Source of the DNA: Pseudomonadota bacterium
GTDB taxonomy: Bacteria; Desulfobacterota; Binatia; Binatales; Binataceae
DNA length: 64,000 nucleotides
Assembly (NCBI GenBank): GCA_021324755.1
Contig: JAJPIL010000001.1
Span: forward strand, 152 to 64,151
Direction of reading: 5' to 3'
Notes under the pieces: model-generated
What the model was told of the DNA's origin: nothing
Seen by the model: the letters and a program-made list of their open reading frames with translations, nothing else
Database searches by the model: none
In this document: positions 41,659 through 52,022 of the stretch, in pieces
Position numbering within the stretch: the stretch's first letter is position 1
Layout: the number at the start of each line of letters is the position of its first letter
Position numbers and translations under genes: made by a program

Positions 41659-41694
41659 TTTTTTCCTGCGCGATTATCGGTCGCGCAGAAAAAA
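41659..41694. terminator. bidirectional intrinsic terminator-like hairpin
   Basis: TTTTTTC-CTGCGCGA-loop-TCGCGCAG-AAAAAA. Confidence 0.55.
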
Positions 41695-42310
41695 CGTTGA
41701 GCTTTTTTGTTCGTATCTTAGGTAGGATCGGCTATCCGGGGATATTCCTGCGACCAGGGCCGCTCTCTCTATTGACAAAACCGACGTGTCAAACGTCCGG
41801 CCCGCAGATTGCTTCTCGCCTAGCCTTACAAGCTTCATTTTACGATGGAAGAGAAGCGATGGAACCGCAACGCCACAATCAAGACGCGCAGTCGGTATTT
41901 CGCCCCACGGTCCAAGGGATTAAGCAGGGATTTTCAGTGTTTCGCTTGTTTACAAGGCTTCGCCGCCCTCTGTCGTCGCCGATAAGCTTTGAGCGCCCCA
42001 GACGCTCGGTCGACCGTCGTGCTCAGGAATGGTGGAGCTCGTACGATTAAGGGAACGCACCGCGTGGAAGTTCGACAGCGTCGTTAGCCCTGCTTGCTTG
42101 CTCTCAAGGGCAAGAGCGCCGTTTTTGCCTCTATGCAAACCCACTTTCTGCGGGAGCAAACGCCTACTGTTTTCCTGCGTTTTCTATCCGAGATGAGTTT
42201 CTCACAACTGCTATAAAAAATTTCCCCACCTAAAGTTGCCCAAAGCTACGCAATCTGGGATAGGCGAACACCCAATTGGTCCGCTTTGCGCGCCAATAGG
42301 CCCGCTTGGA

Positions 42311-42446
42311 ATCCCGTCGTGCTCGGCAAGGTTTGATAGCGCGGGCTTGTAATTAGGCCTTTAAACCGTTCGGGGCAAATCGCCCAAGGATGGTTCCCTT
42401 ACCCCATAGCTTAGACGAGGAAACCTGACTTGCCGGCGTATGGGAT
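42311..42446 (+). ncRNA. candidate structured ncRNA with 6S-like rod shape
   Basis: ATCCCGT/ATGGGAT, CGGCAAG/CTTGCCG, GTTT/AAAC, an internal bubble, AACCGTTC/GGATGGTT, GGGC/GCCC; G-U pairs favour the + strand. Confidence 0.4.
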
Positions 42447-42534
42447 GAACTTGAGGGGATCGATAGCTCCCAGGAGCAGCACAAACACTTCTTCGCTGTG
42501 TCGGCTGCCTACTTCTCTTCGACCAGCTCAGGGA

Positions 42535-43266
42535 TTATCTCGTGGTCAAAGCACCATTTAACTGTTGATGAAGTCGCTCCTCGGCCGCTTCCGCCTCAGC
42601 CCGGGAGGCGAAATGACCTACGCGCACCTTATACCAGGTCTGGCCGCCTATTTGTTTTTCCACCGAATATGCAGGATAACCCATGCTTCGCAGCTTCTGC
42701 ACCAGTTGCAAGGCGGCCTGGCCATCCATCGCTGCCTGAATCTCGACGCTATATGGTCCAACGTGGGCAGCGGTTGGCGCCGCCACAGGGGTTTGTAACG
42801 GCCCTGAACGCGCTGTCGATGCCGTGACCGGCCCGGCTGGCGAAGCCTTCGACAACGTAGTGACTGCGCCCGGTGTCGATCCAGTCACTGCTGCCGGCCC
42901 CGCAGTGGGTGGAGCAACCTCACTACCCACAACCGACGGTGCGGAGGTGGTCGAACGGTTTGCGATTACAGGTGGTAAGGGACGTGACACGGAGGGAGCC
43001 ACTGAGGGTACGGCTGGCTGTGGGGAAGAAGCGATCGACGGCGTCGCCGTACTTTCTGCACCCGCCGTCTGTGCAACCGATGCCGAAAAAGACGGCACCG
43101 GACTGGCCGGTATCGGAAGGACCATCGCAACGTTGGTGTTCTGTTGATCTTGGCGGGCCACTTCGTAACCAGCAAACATCCCGAGCAAAAAGATAGAACC
43201 TGACAAACCGGCCAACCCGACGAGCAGCAGAAATATTCCCCACGCACCGATCTCGAACCGCATCAC
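42535..43266 (-). CDS. SPOR-domain cell-division protein (FtsN/DedD-like)
   Basis: N-terminal TM, Pro/Ser/Thr linker, C-terminal WYKVRVGHFASRAEA SPOR domain; follows argS. Confidence 0.88.
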   Translation of the reverse strand: MMRFEIGAWGIFLLLVGLAGLSGSIFLLGMFAGYEVARQDQQNTNVAMVLPIPASPVPSFSASVAQTAGAESTATPSIASSPQPAVPSVAPSVSRPLPPVIANRSTTSAPSVVGSEVAPPTAGPAAVTGSTPGAVTTLSKASPAGPVTASTARSGPLQTPVAAPTAAHVGPYSVEIQAAMDGQAALQLVQKLRSMGYPAYSVEKQIGGQTWYKVRVGHFASRAEAEAAEERLHQQLNGALTTR

Positions 43267-43270
43267 ACCC

Positions 43271-44959
43271 TCACATACGCTCCGGCGCGCTTACTCCGAG
43301 CAAGCCTAGCCCGTAAGCCAACGTTTGCTTGACGAGACTTGCAAGAAATAGCCGTGCCAGGCTGAGCTCGACATTATCGCTCATAATTATACGATTCGTG
43401 GGCTTGTTATAATAGCGGTGAAAATCGCCGGCGAGCTCAACCAGAAAGAAAGGCAAGCGATGGGGCTCGAGTTCTTCGATGCAGGTGAGCACCAGCTCAG
43501 GGAAACGCACGACTTTCTTGGCCAGTTGGAGCTCCTCCTCCGAGAGCAACGCCAAGTCGACCTTGTCGGGATCGTCCGGAAGCTTTAGACCCGCTTTTTG
43601 AGCCTCGCGAAAGACACTGGCCAGCCTTGCGTGAGCATACTGCACGTAATAAACGGGATTTTCGGGAGCCTGACGGGTTGCAAGCTCCAGGTCGAAGTCG
43701 AGATGGCTGTCGCTTTTGCGGAACAAAAAGAAAAACCGTGCGACGTCGGCACCGACTTCGTCAATAAGCTCGTCGAGCGTCACATAGGTAGCGCGGCGCG
43801 TCGACATCTTAATTTTCTCGCCGCCCCGGGTAAGAGTAACGAACTGGTATATAATCGTTCTAAAGCGACTTATGTCGTAACCCAACGCGTTGAGCACCGT
43901 CAGCACTGTCTTGTGTTCCGCGATATGGTCGGCGCCAAAGACGCCGATTATCACGTCGAAACCCCGCGCAAGCTTATCGATATGGTAGGCGATGTCCGGC
44001 GTGCGGTAGGTCGGCTCGCGCTCTGGGCCCGAGCGAATCAACACCTCGTCTTTGGGAAGCCCTAGAGGCTCGCCGCGCAGCCATACCGCTCCGTCACGCT
44101 CGACCAAAAGTCCCCGCCGGTCAAGTTCCGCAAGGACGCGCTCGACCCTGCCGTCGCGAATCAAGTCTAGCTCATTGGTATAAACGTCAAACCGAATCCC
44201 AAGTCGCGCGCAAGTTCGATGAATATCAGCAAAGATCGCTTTTTCGGCCGCCTCTCGAAACGGTTCAAGGCTCGTTTCGTCCACCAGGCTCGAGCCGTAG
44301 CGCTTTACAAGCTCGGCCGCTATTTCGCGAATGTACTCGCCTCGATACCCTTCTTCGGGAAAACTAACCTCATGACCGAGCAACTCCAAGTAGCGAGCGC
44401 GAACCGACTCTCCTAGCAGCTTCATTTGGCGGCCGCCATTGTTGAAGTAATACTCTCGGGTTACAGAAAACCCGGCTGCTTCGTACATCCGAGCAACCGT
44501 ATCCCCGAGCACGGCGTTGCGACCGTGTCCTACGGTCAAAGGCCCGGTCGGGTTTGCTGAAAGGAACTCAACTTGAGCCTTTTTACCCAAACCAACTTTT
44601 GGCACAAAAAAGGCCTCGCCTTGCGCTGCAGCGCGCCGAAGCAGTTCATGCCAAAACGCCGGAGCGAGCCTGAAATTGACGAAACCCGGCCCGGCTACGG
44701 TTACCGACGCAAACTCATCCGAGTCGGCAAGCTCCGCGCGAATAGCCTCAGCTACCTCTTTTGCGGGCTTGCCCTCGTAGCGCGCCAACACCAAAGCAAC
44801 GTTACTGGCGTAATCCCCATGCGAAGGATCTTTTGGCAATTCAACGACGAAGCTGACCGGCTGCTCGTGCCGCAGTCGACCGGAGCGGCGCAATCGCTCG
44901 AGCGCTTCGCCGATCATGCTGGCAAGTCTGTCTTTTAGTGTTGCGCTTCCCACGATCAC
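43271..44959 (-). CDS. argS: arginine--tRNA ligase
   Basis: HGDYASN, GPGFVN, SANPTGPLTVGHGR, KMSTR, YYVQYAHAR, APERM C-terminus. Confidence 0.97.
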   Translation of the reverse strand: MIVGSATLKDRLASMIGEALERLRRSGRLRHEQPVSFVVELPKDPSHGDYASNVALVLARYEGKPAKEVAEAIRAELADSDEFASVTVAGPGFVNFRLAPAFWHELLRRAAAQGEAFFVPKVGLGKKAQVEFLSANPTGPLTVGHGRNAVLGDTVARMYEAAGFSVTREYYFNNGGRQMKLLGESVRARYLELLGHEVSFPEEGYRGEYIREIAAELVKRYGSSLVDETSLEPFREAAEKAIFADIHRTCARLGIRFDVYTNELDLIRDGRVERVLAELDRRGLLVERDGAVWLRGEPLGLPKDEVLIRSGPEREPTYRTPDIAYHIDKLARGFDVIIGVFGADHIAEHKTVLTVLNALGYDISRFRTIIYQFVTLTRGGEKIKMSTRRATYVTLDELIDEVGADVARFFFLFRKSDSHLDFDLELATRQAPENPVYYVQYAHARLASVFREAQKAGLKLPDDPDKVDLALLSEEELQLAKKVVRFPELVLTCIEELEPHRLPFFLVELAGDFHRYYNKPTNRIIMSDNVELSLARLFLASLVKQTLAYGLGLLGVSAPERM

Positions 44960-45210
44960 AACTGGCTAATCTGACAAAGCTCTTGCTTGCAAAAGCGCAG
45001 TGAAAAACGCGACAAGCCCGCAGGGATGGCCAAAGGTCGGCACGATCTCGCCAAGTTCCACCGGACTGTGTTAGACCCGACCTTTATGCCCGCGCTAGCT
45101 AAAAGCCTCGTCCGGCAGTTGGCCACTGCGAGTTGCTCAATCACGTCAGTACGCAATAAGCCACTGCGCAGCAAACGCAAAAAGGTTTCGCATACCCAAT
45201 CGGTTCGCGC

Positions 45211-45672
45211 CTATGACACCGGATCTTTTGCTTGTTGGGTCCACTCCGGCACGTTGTCCAGCGTCGGATAGCCTGAGCCTAGCTGAATCAAAACGCCGTG
45301 AGCGCTCTTAGGCGAAATGTAGGCCTCATAAGAAGTCGGCGACCATTCTTTTTCCTGTACCACCCGCACGCCATTCGCCTTGAGCCTTTCGACCTGTCGC
45401 TTCGTGTCGGGCGTGTTGAAGGTCAGATGGTGGACGCCTTCGCCGCGTTTTTGGAGAAACTGGGCAAGTTGCGAGTTCTCGCTCGCGGGTTCGAGCAACT
45501 CGATCGTAAGCCCGTTCAAGTCGAGAACGCAAAAAGAGAGCCCGTGTTCGGCGCTTTGTGCCTCGAACATGAAGCGCGCGCCCAACTGGTCCTCGAAAAA
45601 CTTCCGTGCCTGCTGGATACTGTGCACGGCAATCCCTATGTGATCCAACTTTCCGATTGGCTCGGTCGCCAT
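45211..45672 (-). CDS. VOC-family protein, methylmalonyl-CoA epimerase-like
   Basis: LDHIGIAV, IELLEP, FLQKRGEGVHHL, HGVLIQL. Confidence 0.85.
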   Translation of the reverse strand: MATEPIGKLDHIGIAVHSIQQARKFFEDQLGARFMFEAQSAEHGLSFCVLDLNGLTIELLEPASENSQLAQFLQKRGEGVHHLTFNTPDTKRQVERLKANGVRVVQEKEWSPTSYEAYISPKSAHGVLIQLGSGYPTLDNVPEWTQQAKDPVS

Positions 45673-45749
45673 CGCTTACTTACTCCCGTGAAGCTCTACG
45701 TCGTTCTAATCCGGTGTATGTGTGCTTCCACATATTACCACATGATAGT

Positions 45750-46283
45750 ATGAAGGCGATGGCTAAACGGGCGCAACGGACATACTCCAGAACGGGCGAC
45801 GACGACAGGGCGAAATCTGATACCAAGGCGTGGGGGATGCCGCCGTTAATCAAGATTTACGAGGCTTTTGGCGCGCTCGCCGACCAACGCTGCACGCTTC
45901 TCGATTCTGGGCTTGCGTTTGTACAGTCTTCCGACGGTTCCAAAACATACCGCGTAGAGAGCAGCGAAGACGGACGCGAGATAAGCGCAAACGATAACGC
46001 CTCCTATTGGCAGGGCTATATCGGTTATCCGGCAATCGCGGTTCTGATTCACCGCGGAATACTCAAAGCCGACCCAAAGGCGATCGAGGCGCTTAAGTCG
46101 ATACCATGGCACGCACTCAACCAGCGCTTTAGGCACAATTACGAGAAAACTTTGCGCGAAGTTGAAGAACGCCTTACCGCACAAGGATACGACCCGGACT
46201 TAATTCGACGGGCAGCGCAGGATACTTTGGAACAACTTCGCGCGCTTGCCCCCCGCCGCGGCCGCCGTCTGCGCCCGGCTTGA
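45750..46283 (+). CDS. conserved-looking hypothetical protein
   Basis: PPLIKIYEA.GALAD, SSDGSKTY, NDNASYWQGYIGYPAIA; start 45750, 45759 or 45837. Confidence 0.7.
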   Translation: MKAMAKRAQRTYSRTGDDDRAKSDTKAWGMPPLIKIYEAFGALADQRCTLLDSGLAFVQSSDGSKTYRVESSEDGREISANDNASYWQGYIGYPAIAVLIHRGILKADPKAIEALKSIPWHALNQRFRHNYEKTLREVEERLTAQGYDPDLIRRAAQDTLEQLRALAPRRGRRLRPA

Positions 46284-46306
46284 GGAACGACGGCGTTCCT
46301 TGCTGC

Positions 46307-48526
46307 TCAACTGGAAAGTGCAGGCTTGTCGGCGCCGGCCAGACTGCGCAGCCGCTCGGTCAGGCGCGTGAACCGACGGCTCTCTGCGGCGTTGCGAACA
46401 GCGTGAAGTAAGGCCGCGCGCGAACCGACGATAACACACACCCGTTCGGCCCGCGACACCGCCGTATAAAGGAGGTTTCGCCGAAGCATTAGATAATGAC
46501 TGTGATGCAGCACCAAGACTACGGCCGGATACTGGCTGCCTTGGCTTTTATGCACCGTAACTGCGTAGCCGAGCGCCAAATCTTCGGTCAGCGAGGTCAA
46601 GTCGTAGAGCACGCGATGGTCGTCGAAGGCAACCTCCACACGGCCGAGCTCGTCGTCGAACCGAACGATTCGGCCTAAGTCGCCGTTGAATACCTGCTTT
46701 TCGTAATTGTTGCGCAACTGAATAACGCGGTCGCCTTCTCGAAAATGGCGCTGCCCAGCCTTGATTTCCCGGCCACGCGGGTTAAGCAATGCTTGAAGCT
46801 CGGTGTTGAGCGCTTGCACGCCAAGCGCTCCCCGGTTCATCGGCGAAAGAACTTGAATCTCGCTTGGGTCACGTAACCCGAAGTTGCCGATAAGGCGGGT
46901 GTGCACAAGCTGCTTGACCGTGGCAAGCACTTCTTCAGGAGCGTTGCGCTCCAGGAAGAAGAAGTCGCTCGAGGCGTCGCCGCCGAATTCAGGCATCAGG
47001 CCTGAGTTTATCCGATGGGCCGCCGCGACGATTTGACTGCGCTGCTCCTGTCGATATATCTGACGCAACTGAACCACGGGAAAAAGGCCTGAGGCGATAA
47101 GGTCAGCAAGCACTTGTCCGGGGCCAACAGAGGGCAGTTGGTCACGGTCGCCGACGATCACGAGCGACGTTTTGGCCTCTAAGGCGGCAAGGAGGTCTGC
47201 GAACAGTTCGACATCGATCATCGACGCTTCGTCCAGCACCAAAAAGTCCACGGATAGCGGGAAATTCGGTCCACGGACAAAAGAACCTGTCTCAGGCGAG
47301 TATTCGAGCAAGCGATGGATCGTTTTCGCCTCTCGCCCTGTAGTCTCTGCCAAGCGGCGTGCCGCCCGCCCCGTAGGCGCAGCAAGGGCATATTTCAGGC
47401 GCAATTCGTCCAAGGCGTCCAAAAGCGCACGCAGCAACGTGGTCTTGCCAGTACCGGGCCCGCCGGTGATGATCGCGGTTTTATGGGTGAGAGCCACGCG
47501 CAATGCCTTTTTTTGCTCGGGCGAAAGGGCAAGCCCCAGACGCTCCTCAGCCGACACTACAGCATCAGCCACCGCATCCGGACGCAAAGGTGACCGCTCG
47601 CCGCGGTGTCGCCACATAAGCTGGGCCAAGTCGCGCTCGGCCTGAAAGAGATGCCGAAGATAAATCCAGGTTTCGCCGTGGCTGGGTTCGACCACGATCG
47701 CACCACGCCTTTCAAGCTCTGAAAGCGCCGACCAACAAAGAGCGCTTCCTATTCCGAGATGCGTCTCGAGCTGCGTCCTTAAATGCTCCTCTGGTACGCA
47801 GACGTGCCCCTCTTCGGCCATCCGCTGCAGCATGTAGAGCAAGCCTGCACGGGCTCGCTCGGGCGAGTCACGGGCGATGCCGATCTTCTCGGCTATTAGG
47901 TCCGCGGTTTTGAAACCAACTCCGCTCACAGTGGCTACGAGCACATAAGGGTCGCGCTTTATTATGTCCAGCGCACCATGGCCGAGGATCTTGTATAGTC
48001 GCTGTGCTAGAAAACCTGGGACGCCATGAGTGCGTAAAAACACGGTAAGTTCCCGTAGCCCGACGCGCTCGCGCCACAGCGCGCTGATTCGCTGAGCCAC
48101 GGTGGCGCTAAGCCCGCGCACCTCACGAAGCCGTTCCGGAGCGTACGTCAGCACGTTTTCCGTCTCGTCGCCGAAGCGCTCGATAATACGGCGCGCAAGC
48201 GTGGGGCCAACGCCTTTTACTTCATCGATCAAATATCGCTCGAGCGCCCCAAGCTCAGCTCCAGCCAAAGTCTCGAAACGCTCGACGCGAAATTGCACGC
48301 CGAAGCTTGGATGGGTCTCGTAGCGCCCAGATACCCGTACCAGCATCCCAGGCGCAAGCTCAGCGAGCTGCCCCACTAAGGTCACCTCCTTTTGGCGCGC
48401 AGCCGGTCGCCCAGGGCCGTCCTCCTCGACCTTCAGACGCGCGACCGCATAACCCGTCTGTGGGTTGACGAACAGAAGCTGAGTGACCTTGCCTTGAAAA
48501 CTTTCACCCTCTAGCTGCTCGCTCAT
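46307..48526 (-). CDS. recD2: RecD2-family SF1B helicase
   Basis: HhH region, TGGPGTGKTT, APTGRAA, TIHRLLE, DEASM, GDRDQLPSVGPG, HKSQGSQY. Confidence 0.95.
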   Translation of the reverse strand: MSEQLEGESFQGKVTQLLFVNPQTGYAVARLKVEEDGPGRPAARQKEVTLVGQLAELAPGMLVRVSGRYETHPSFGVQFRVERFETLAGAELGALERYLIDEVKGVGPTLARRIIERFGDETENVLTYAPERLREVRGLSATVAQRISALWRERVGLRELTVFLRTHGVPGFLAQRLYKILGHGALDIIKRDPYVLVATVSGVGFKTADLIAEKIGIARDSPERARAGLLYMLQRMAEEGHVCVPEEHLRTQLETHLGIGSALCWSALSELERRGAIVVEPSHGETWIYLRHLFQAERDLAQLMWRHRGERSPLRPDAVADAVVSAEERLGLALSPEQKKALRVALTHKTAIITGGPGTGKTTLLRALLDALDELRLKYALAAPTGRAARRLAETTGREAKTIHRLLEYSPETGSFVRGPNFPLSVDFLVLDEASMIDVELFADLLAALEAKTSLVIVGDRDQLPSVGPGQVLADLIASGLFPVVQLRQIYRQEQRSQIVAAAHRINSGLMPEFGGDASSDFFFLERNAPEEVLATVKQLVHTRLIGNFGLRDPSEIQVLSPMNRGALGVQALNTELQALLNPRGREIKAGQRHFREGDRVIQLRNNYEKQVFNGDLGRIVRFDDELGRVEVAFDDHRVLYDLTSLTEDLALGYAVTVHKSQGSQYPAVVLVLHHSHYLMLRRNLLYTAVSRAERVCVIVGSRAALLHAVRNAAESRRFTRLTERLRSLAGADKPALSS

Positions 48527-49049
48527 CGCCCACCATCCATAAGGAAAAGCGCCGAAAGCTCCGCGGCGATAACTTATATCGACGCGAGTCGACCCCCCGT
48601 GAGTTCATCCATATTTGCGCCAGCTCGAACACACAACCAATGTACGGCGAGAACACCACGTACTACAAAATATTTCACAAAGCGCGCCGCATCGAGCATC
48701 GACAACCCCGTATTGCCGCGAACCGAGCGAAGGCTAGCAAAGCTGAGCAGTAAAAGTAACAATCGTTGGTGGCTTAAAGCCCGTTTTCTCAACGCCCGTG
48801 GGACCCTCTCTGATGAGGCCTCGTCCTTTTCAGTACAAAAGCAAATCCTTGCCACTTTGGCAGACAAATCACTATTGTTCGCCTTACTCTTTGTCTCAAT
48901 CACGTTGCAAGCGCAGTGTGTCCCTGCGCGTTTAAACAAAAGCCAACTTATGGCGCATCGATGCCAGCCGTTGACAGTTGTCGGCAAAGACCCGATCTTA
49001 CTGGGATAAAGCTAGACCGGCGCTCGCGATAGAAAAGTCAAAGCTGCGG

Positions 49050-49430
49050 ATGGACCCAAATCGCCAGCTCAAAGTGTTCAACAAAACTCGCGGTAGAATT
49101 ATTTGCACACGACTTAGCGTGGCAGACCATCTCGTTGATCGCGTTCGGGGACTTCTGGCGCACGCGCAACTTCACGATGGCGAAGGGATGCTGTTTGTCG
49201 GCAGTACGGCGCTCCCGCTTATGTGGATGCACACCTTTTTTATGCGATTTCCGATCGACGTTATCTTTCTAGACCGCCAGGGTAGAATCCTCAAGATAGA
49301 TCACGAGCTTAAGCCATGGCGGCTATCCTCGCTGGCGTTTGGGGCTACTGAGGCGATTGAATTGCCCGCGGGAACGGCCAAGCGGACAAATACCCAGGTG
49401 GGCGACGTCTTGACGATCCAAGACGATTGA
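49050..49430 (+). CDS. DUF192-family protein
   Basis: VADH..R.RGLL, EGMLF, HTFFMRFPIDVIFLD, IELPAG, VGD. Confidence 0.85.
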   Translation: MDPNRQLKVFNKTRGRIICTRLSVADHLVDRVRGLLAHAQLHDGEGMLFVGSTALPLMWMHTFFMRFPIDVIFLDRQGRILKIDHELKPWRLSSLAFGATEAIELPAGTAKRTNTQVGDVLTIQDD

Positions 49431-49628
49431 AACGTGTGCTGGCTTGTGCCGAGGAGCCGGCTGCTTTGACGAGCAAAAAGCGCTTCGTGGTTGCGAAAAC
49501 AGTTGCAAGCAGGCCTAAGCCGCTCGAGCGTCCGAATTGTATGGCCAAGGGGCGAAGCCAACTTAGCAAGCAAGTCGCTTAGGCTTGAAAACCGAACGTA
49601 GCACCTAACGCCTCCGCGGCGAAGTGCG

Positions 49629-50531
49629 TCATACTGAGTAGGAGGCACGTTCCAGACCGAGCATGTAGCGGGCAGCGTCGATTAAATTTTGCATCAGCGC
49701 TAACACTGTCATCGGTCCCGTGCCACCCGGATTGAGCGTGATCCATCCGGCCACTTCTTTGACGTTTTCGAAATCGACGTCTCCGACGAAACGTCCCTTG
49801 CCCACCCGGCGAAATCCGACGTCGATAACGCAGGCACCCGGCTTGACCATATCCGCGGTGATCAAATACGGGCGCCCCGGATCGGCACCGGCGCACGATA
49901 CGAGCAGATCAGCCTCCCGACAAACCTGCGCAAGGTCGCGCGTGTGCGTATGACACCATGTGACAGTCGCGTTGCGCAGGCGCCCGCCCAAAATCAGCGC
50001 CAAAGGCTTGCCAGCGATATCGCTGCGACCTATCACGACCGCGCGCGCACCCTCGACCGGAACCTTGTAATAGTCTAGCAAGGTCAGCACGCCGCGAGGC
50101 GTGCAAGGGATAAAAAGCCCCCACTGGCCGCGATAGAATCCGCCGACCACGGTGGAAGATACTGCGTCGACGTCCTTGAGCGGGTCGATCGCGTCGAAGA
50201 GCCGGAAGCGGTCGACGTGCTCTGGAAGGGGCAGTTGGAGCAAGATACCTGCTATTCGCGGGTCTCGGTTTAAGCGTTGGATAAGCTTAAGAAGGCTCTC
50301 GGTGCTCGCCTCTTCACTCGACATGGTTATAAGCTCGCTGCCGAGCCCAAGTTCCGCCGCGTAGCGCTGTTTGTTGCGCACGTACTGGCGTGAAGCAGGG
50401 TCGTCACCCACCAGGATTGCCGCTAGATGCGGCGTCCAGTTGTACTTTTCCTTGATCTCCTTTACGTGGCGCTTAAGCTCAGGCATTAGTTGCTCGCTTA
50501 CCGCGCGCCCATCCATGATAATCGCCGACAT
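49629..50531 (-). CDS. folD: bifunctional methylene-THF dehydrogenase/cyclohydrolase
   Basis: GDDPAS..YVRNK, QLPLP, PCTP.G, GRSDIAGKP, VIDVG, PGGTGPMT. Confidence 0.95.
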   Translation of the reverse strand: MSAIIMDGRAVSEQLMPELKRHVKEIKEKYNWTPHLAAILVGDDPASRQYVRNKQRYAAELGLGSELITMSSEEASTESLLKLIQRLNRDPRIAGILLQLPLPEHVDRFRLFDAIDPLKDVDAVSSTVVGGFYRGQWGLFIPCTPRGVLTLLDYYKVPVEGARAVVIGRSDIAGKPLALILGGRLRNATVTWCHTHTRDLAQVCREADLLVSCAGADPGRPYLITADMVKPGACVIDVGFRRVGKGRFVGDVDFENVKEVAGWITLNPGGTGPMTVLALMQNLIDAARYMLGLERASYSV

Positions 50532-50644
50532 ATGACCTCGCTTTGTCGTGTTCTTAGCCGGAAACGTTTAGACAACCGTTTAGCTAGGCTGTTACCAACG
50601 CGGGTAGAATAAAGACGGGATTTGCAGCCTCGTCGCATCCAGCA

Positions 50645-51805
50645 TCATACACGTACATGAGGATCGAAAAGCTTTCGATGCTCCTCCAGCGCGAAGCGAT
50701 CCGTCATCCCAGCGATATAGTCCGCTATTACCCGTGCTTTGGGTTCGCCGTCTTGCTCGATTCGCGCCAGTATGTGCGGAGGCATCTGCGCTGGCTCGGC
50801 CATGTAAGCCTCGAACAGCTGTGTAATCACGCGAGCGGCCTTCTCGGTCATACGACGCACGCGAAAATGGAGATAAAGACGCTCCATCATTAACTGCTTG
50901 TGGCGCTGCACCATCTCGGCCATCGCGGGGCTGAAATGGGCAAGCGGCCGACCCGCCTTTCTGACATCTTCGACGCTCTCGATCGCGCCAGCGGTGATTT
51001 CTTCGTTTATCGTATTCACGAGGTCGGTAACCATCGCATCGATCATCCGCGTAACCGTCCGGTAGCGGCGGACCCCAGGGTCCTTGCTCGAACCGTCGCG
51101 CTCGGCCGCCCGCGCCGCCATCGCATACAGCGGCGAGTCCCACAAATCATCGCTTGCCAGCAACTGGGACTTAATCCCGTCGTCCACGTCGTGAGCAGAG
51201 TAGGCGATCTCGTCGGCAAGGTCGACGATCTGCGCCTCCAGACATGGATAGGAATCGGGATCGAACTCGGCGACTTCGGGTCGTCCGCGAAAGTCCGAAT
51301 GCTTGATTATTCCTTCCCTTACCTCGTAGCTTAGATTCAATCCTCGGAAATTCGGGTATCGGACTTCGATCCAGTCGACCGTGCGCAGACTCTGTGCGTT
51401 ATGGTCGAAACCGCCATATTCTTTCATCAGCTGGTTAAGCACGCGCTCGCCGGCGTGCCCAAACGGAGGATGACCCAGGTCGTGAGCAAGCGCGATCGCT
51501 TCGGCCAAGTCCTCGTTGAGGCCCAGCATGCGAGCGATACTGCGGGAGATTTGCGCCGTCTCCAGCGTGTGAGTCAGACGCGTGCGATAGTAGTCGCCCT
51601 CATGATTTACGAAAACCTGCGTCTTGTATTCGAGTCTCCGAAACGCAGCGGAATGGATAATCCGGTCGCGATCGCGCTGAAAAAAGGTTCGCAACGGATG
51701 CTCGGGTTCGGCGTATCGCCGGCCCCGGCTAAGTCGCGACCGCATCGCATAAGGAGCAAGAACGCGCTCTTCCAGCTCTTCGAGCTGTTGTCTGTTGCGT
51801 ATCAT
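50645..51805 (-). CDS. dgt: dGTP triphosphohydrolase (HD domain)
   Basis: FQRDRDRIIHS.AFRRL.YKTQVF, RTRLTH, AHDLGHPPFGH.GE, DYIAGMTD. Confidence 0.93.
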   Translation of the reverse strand: MIRNRQQLEELEERVLAPYAMRSRLSRGRRYAEPEHPLRTFFQRDRDRIIHSAAFRRLEYKTQVFVNHEGDYYRTRLTHTLETAQISRSIARMLGLNEDLAEAIALAHDLGHPPFGHAGERVLNQLMKEYGGFDHNAQSLRTVDWIEVRYPNFRGLNLSYEVREGIIKHSDFRGRPEVAEFDPDSYPCLEAQIVDLADEIAYSAHDVDDGIKSQLLASDDLWDSPLYAMAARAAERDGSSKDPGVRRYRTVTRMIDAMVTDLVNTINEEITAGAIESVEDVRKAGRPLAHFSPAMAEMVQRHKQLMMERLYLHFRVRRMTEKAARVITQLFEAYMAEPAQMPPHILARIEQDGEPKARVIADYIAGMTDRFALEEHRKLFDPHVRV

Positions 51806-52022
51806 CGGTCATTTGACGCCTGAGGAGGTGATAACTTTTAAGCGTTAACGTAGTTCGCGTTAAAAGTGGCAAAAATCGTTTTCGTAATCATCCTACCACG
51901 ATTCTCCGCAATCGACGAGCCTCGTAAGGCCGCGTATTTGCCCGAGAAGGGCCCAAAACAGTATCCTTAGGTGAAAAGCACGACCTTTACTTCCGGTTTG
52001 TGCACAAGTGGATGTCGCGGGG

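Noticed and set aside
48574-49009. 137-aa and 136-aa ORFs between recD2 and the DUF192 gene
   Set aside because: Mutually antisense, no SD or motifs; more likely a divergent promoter region
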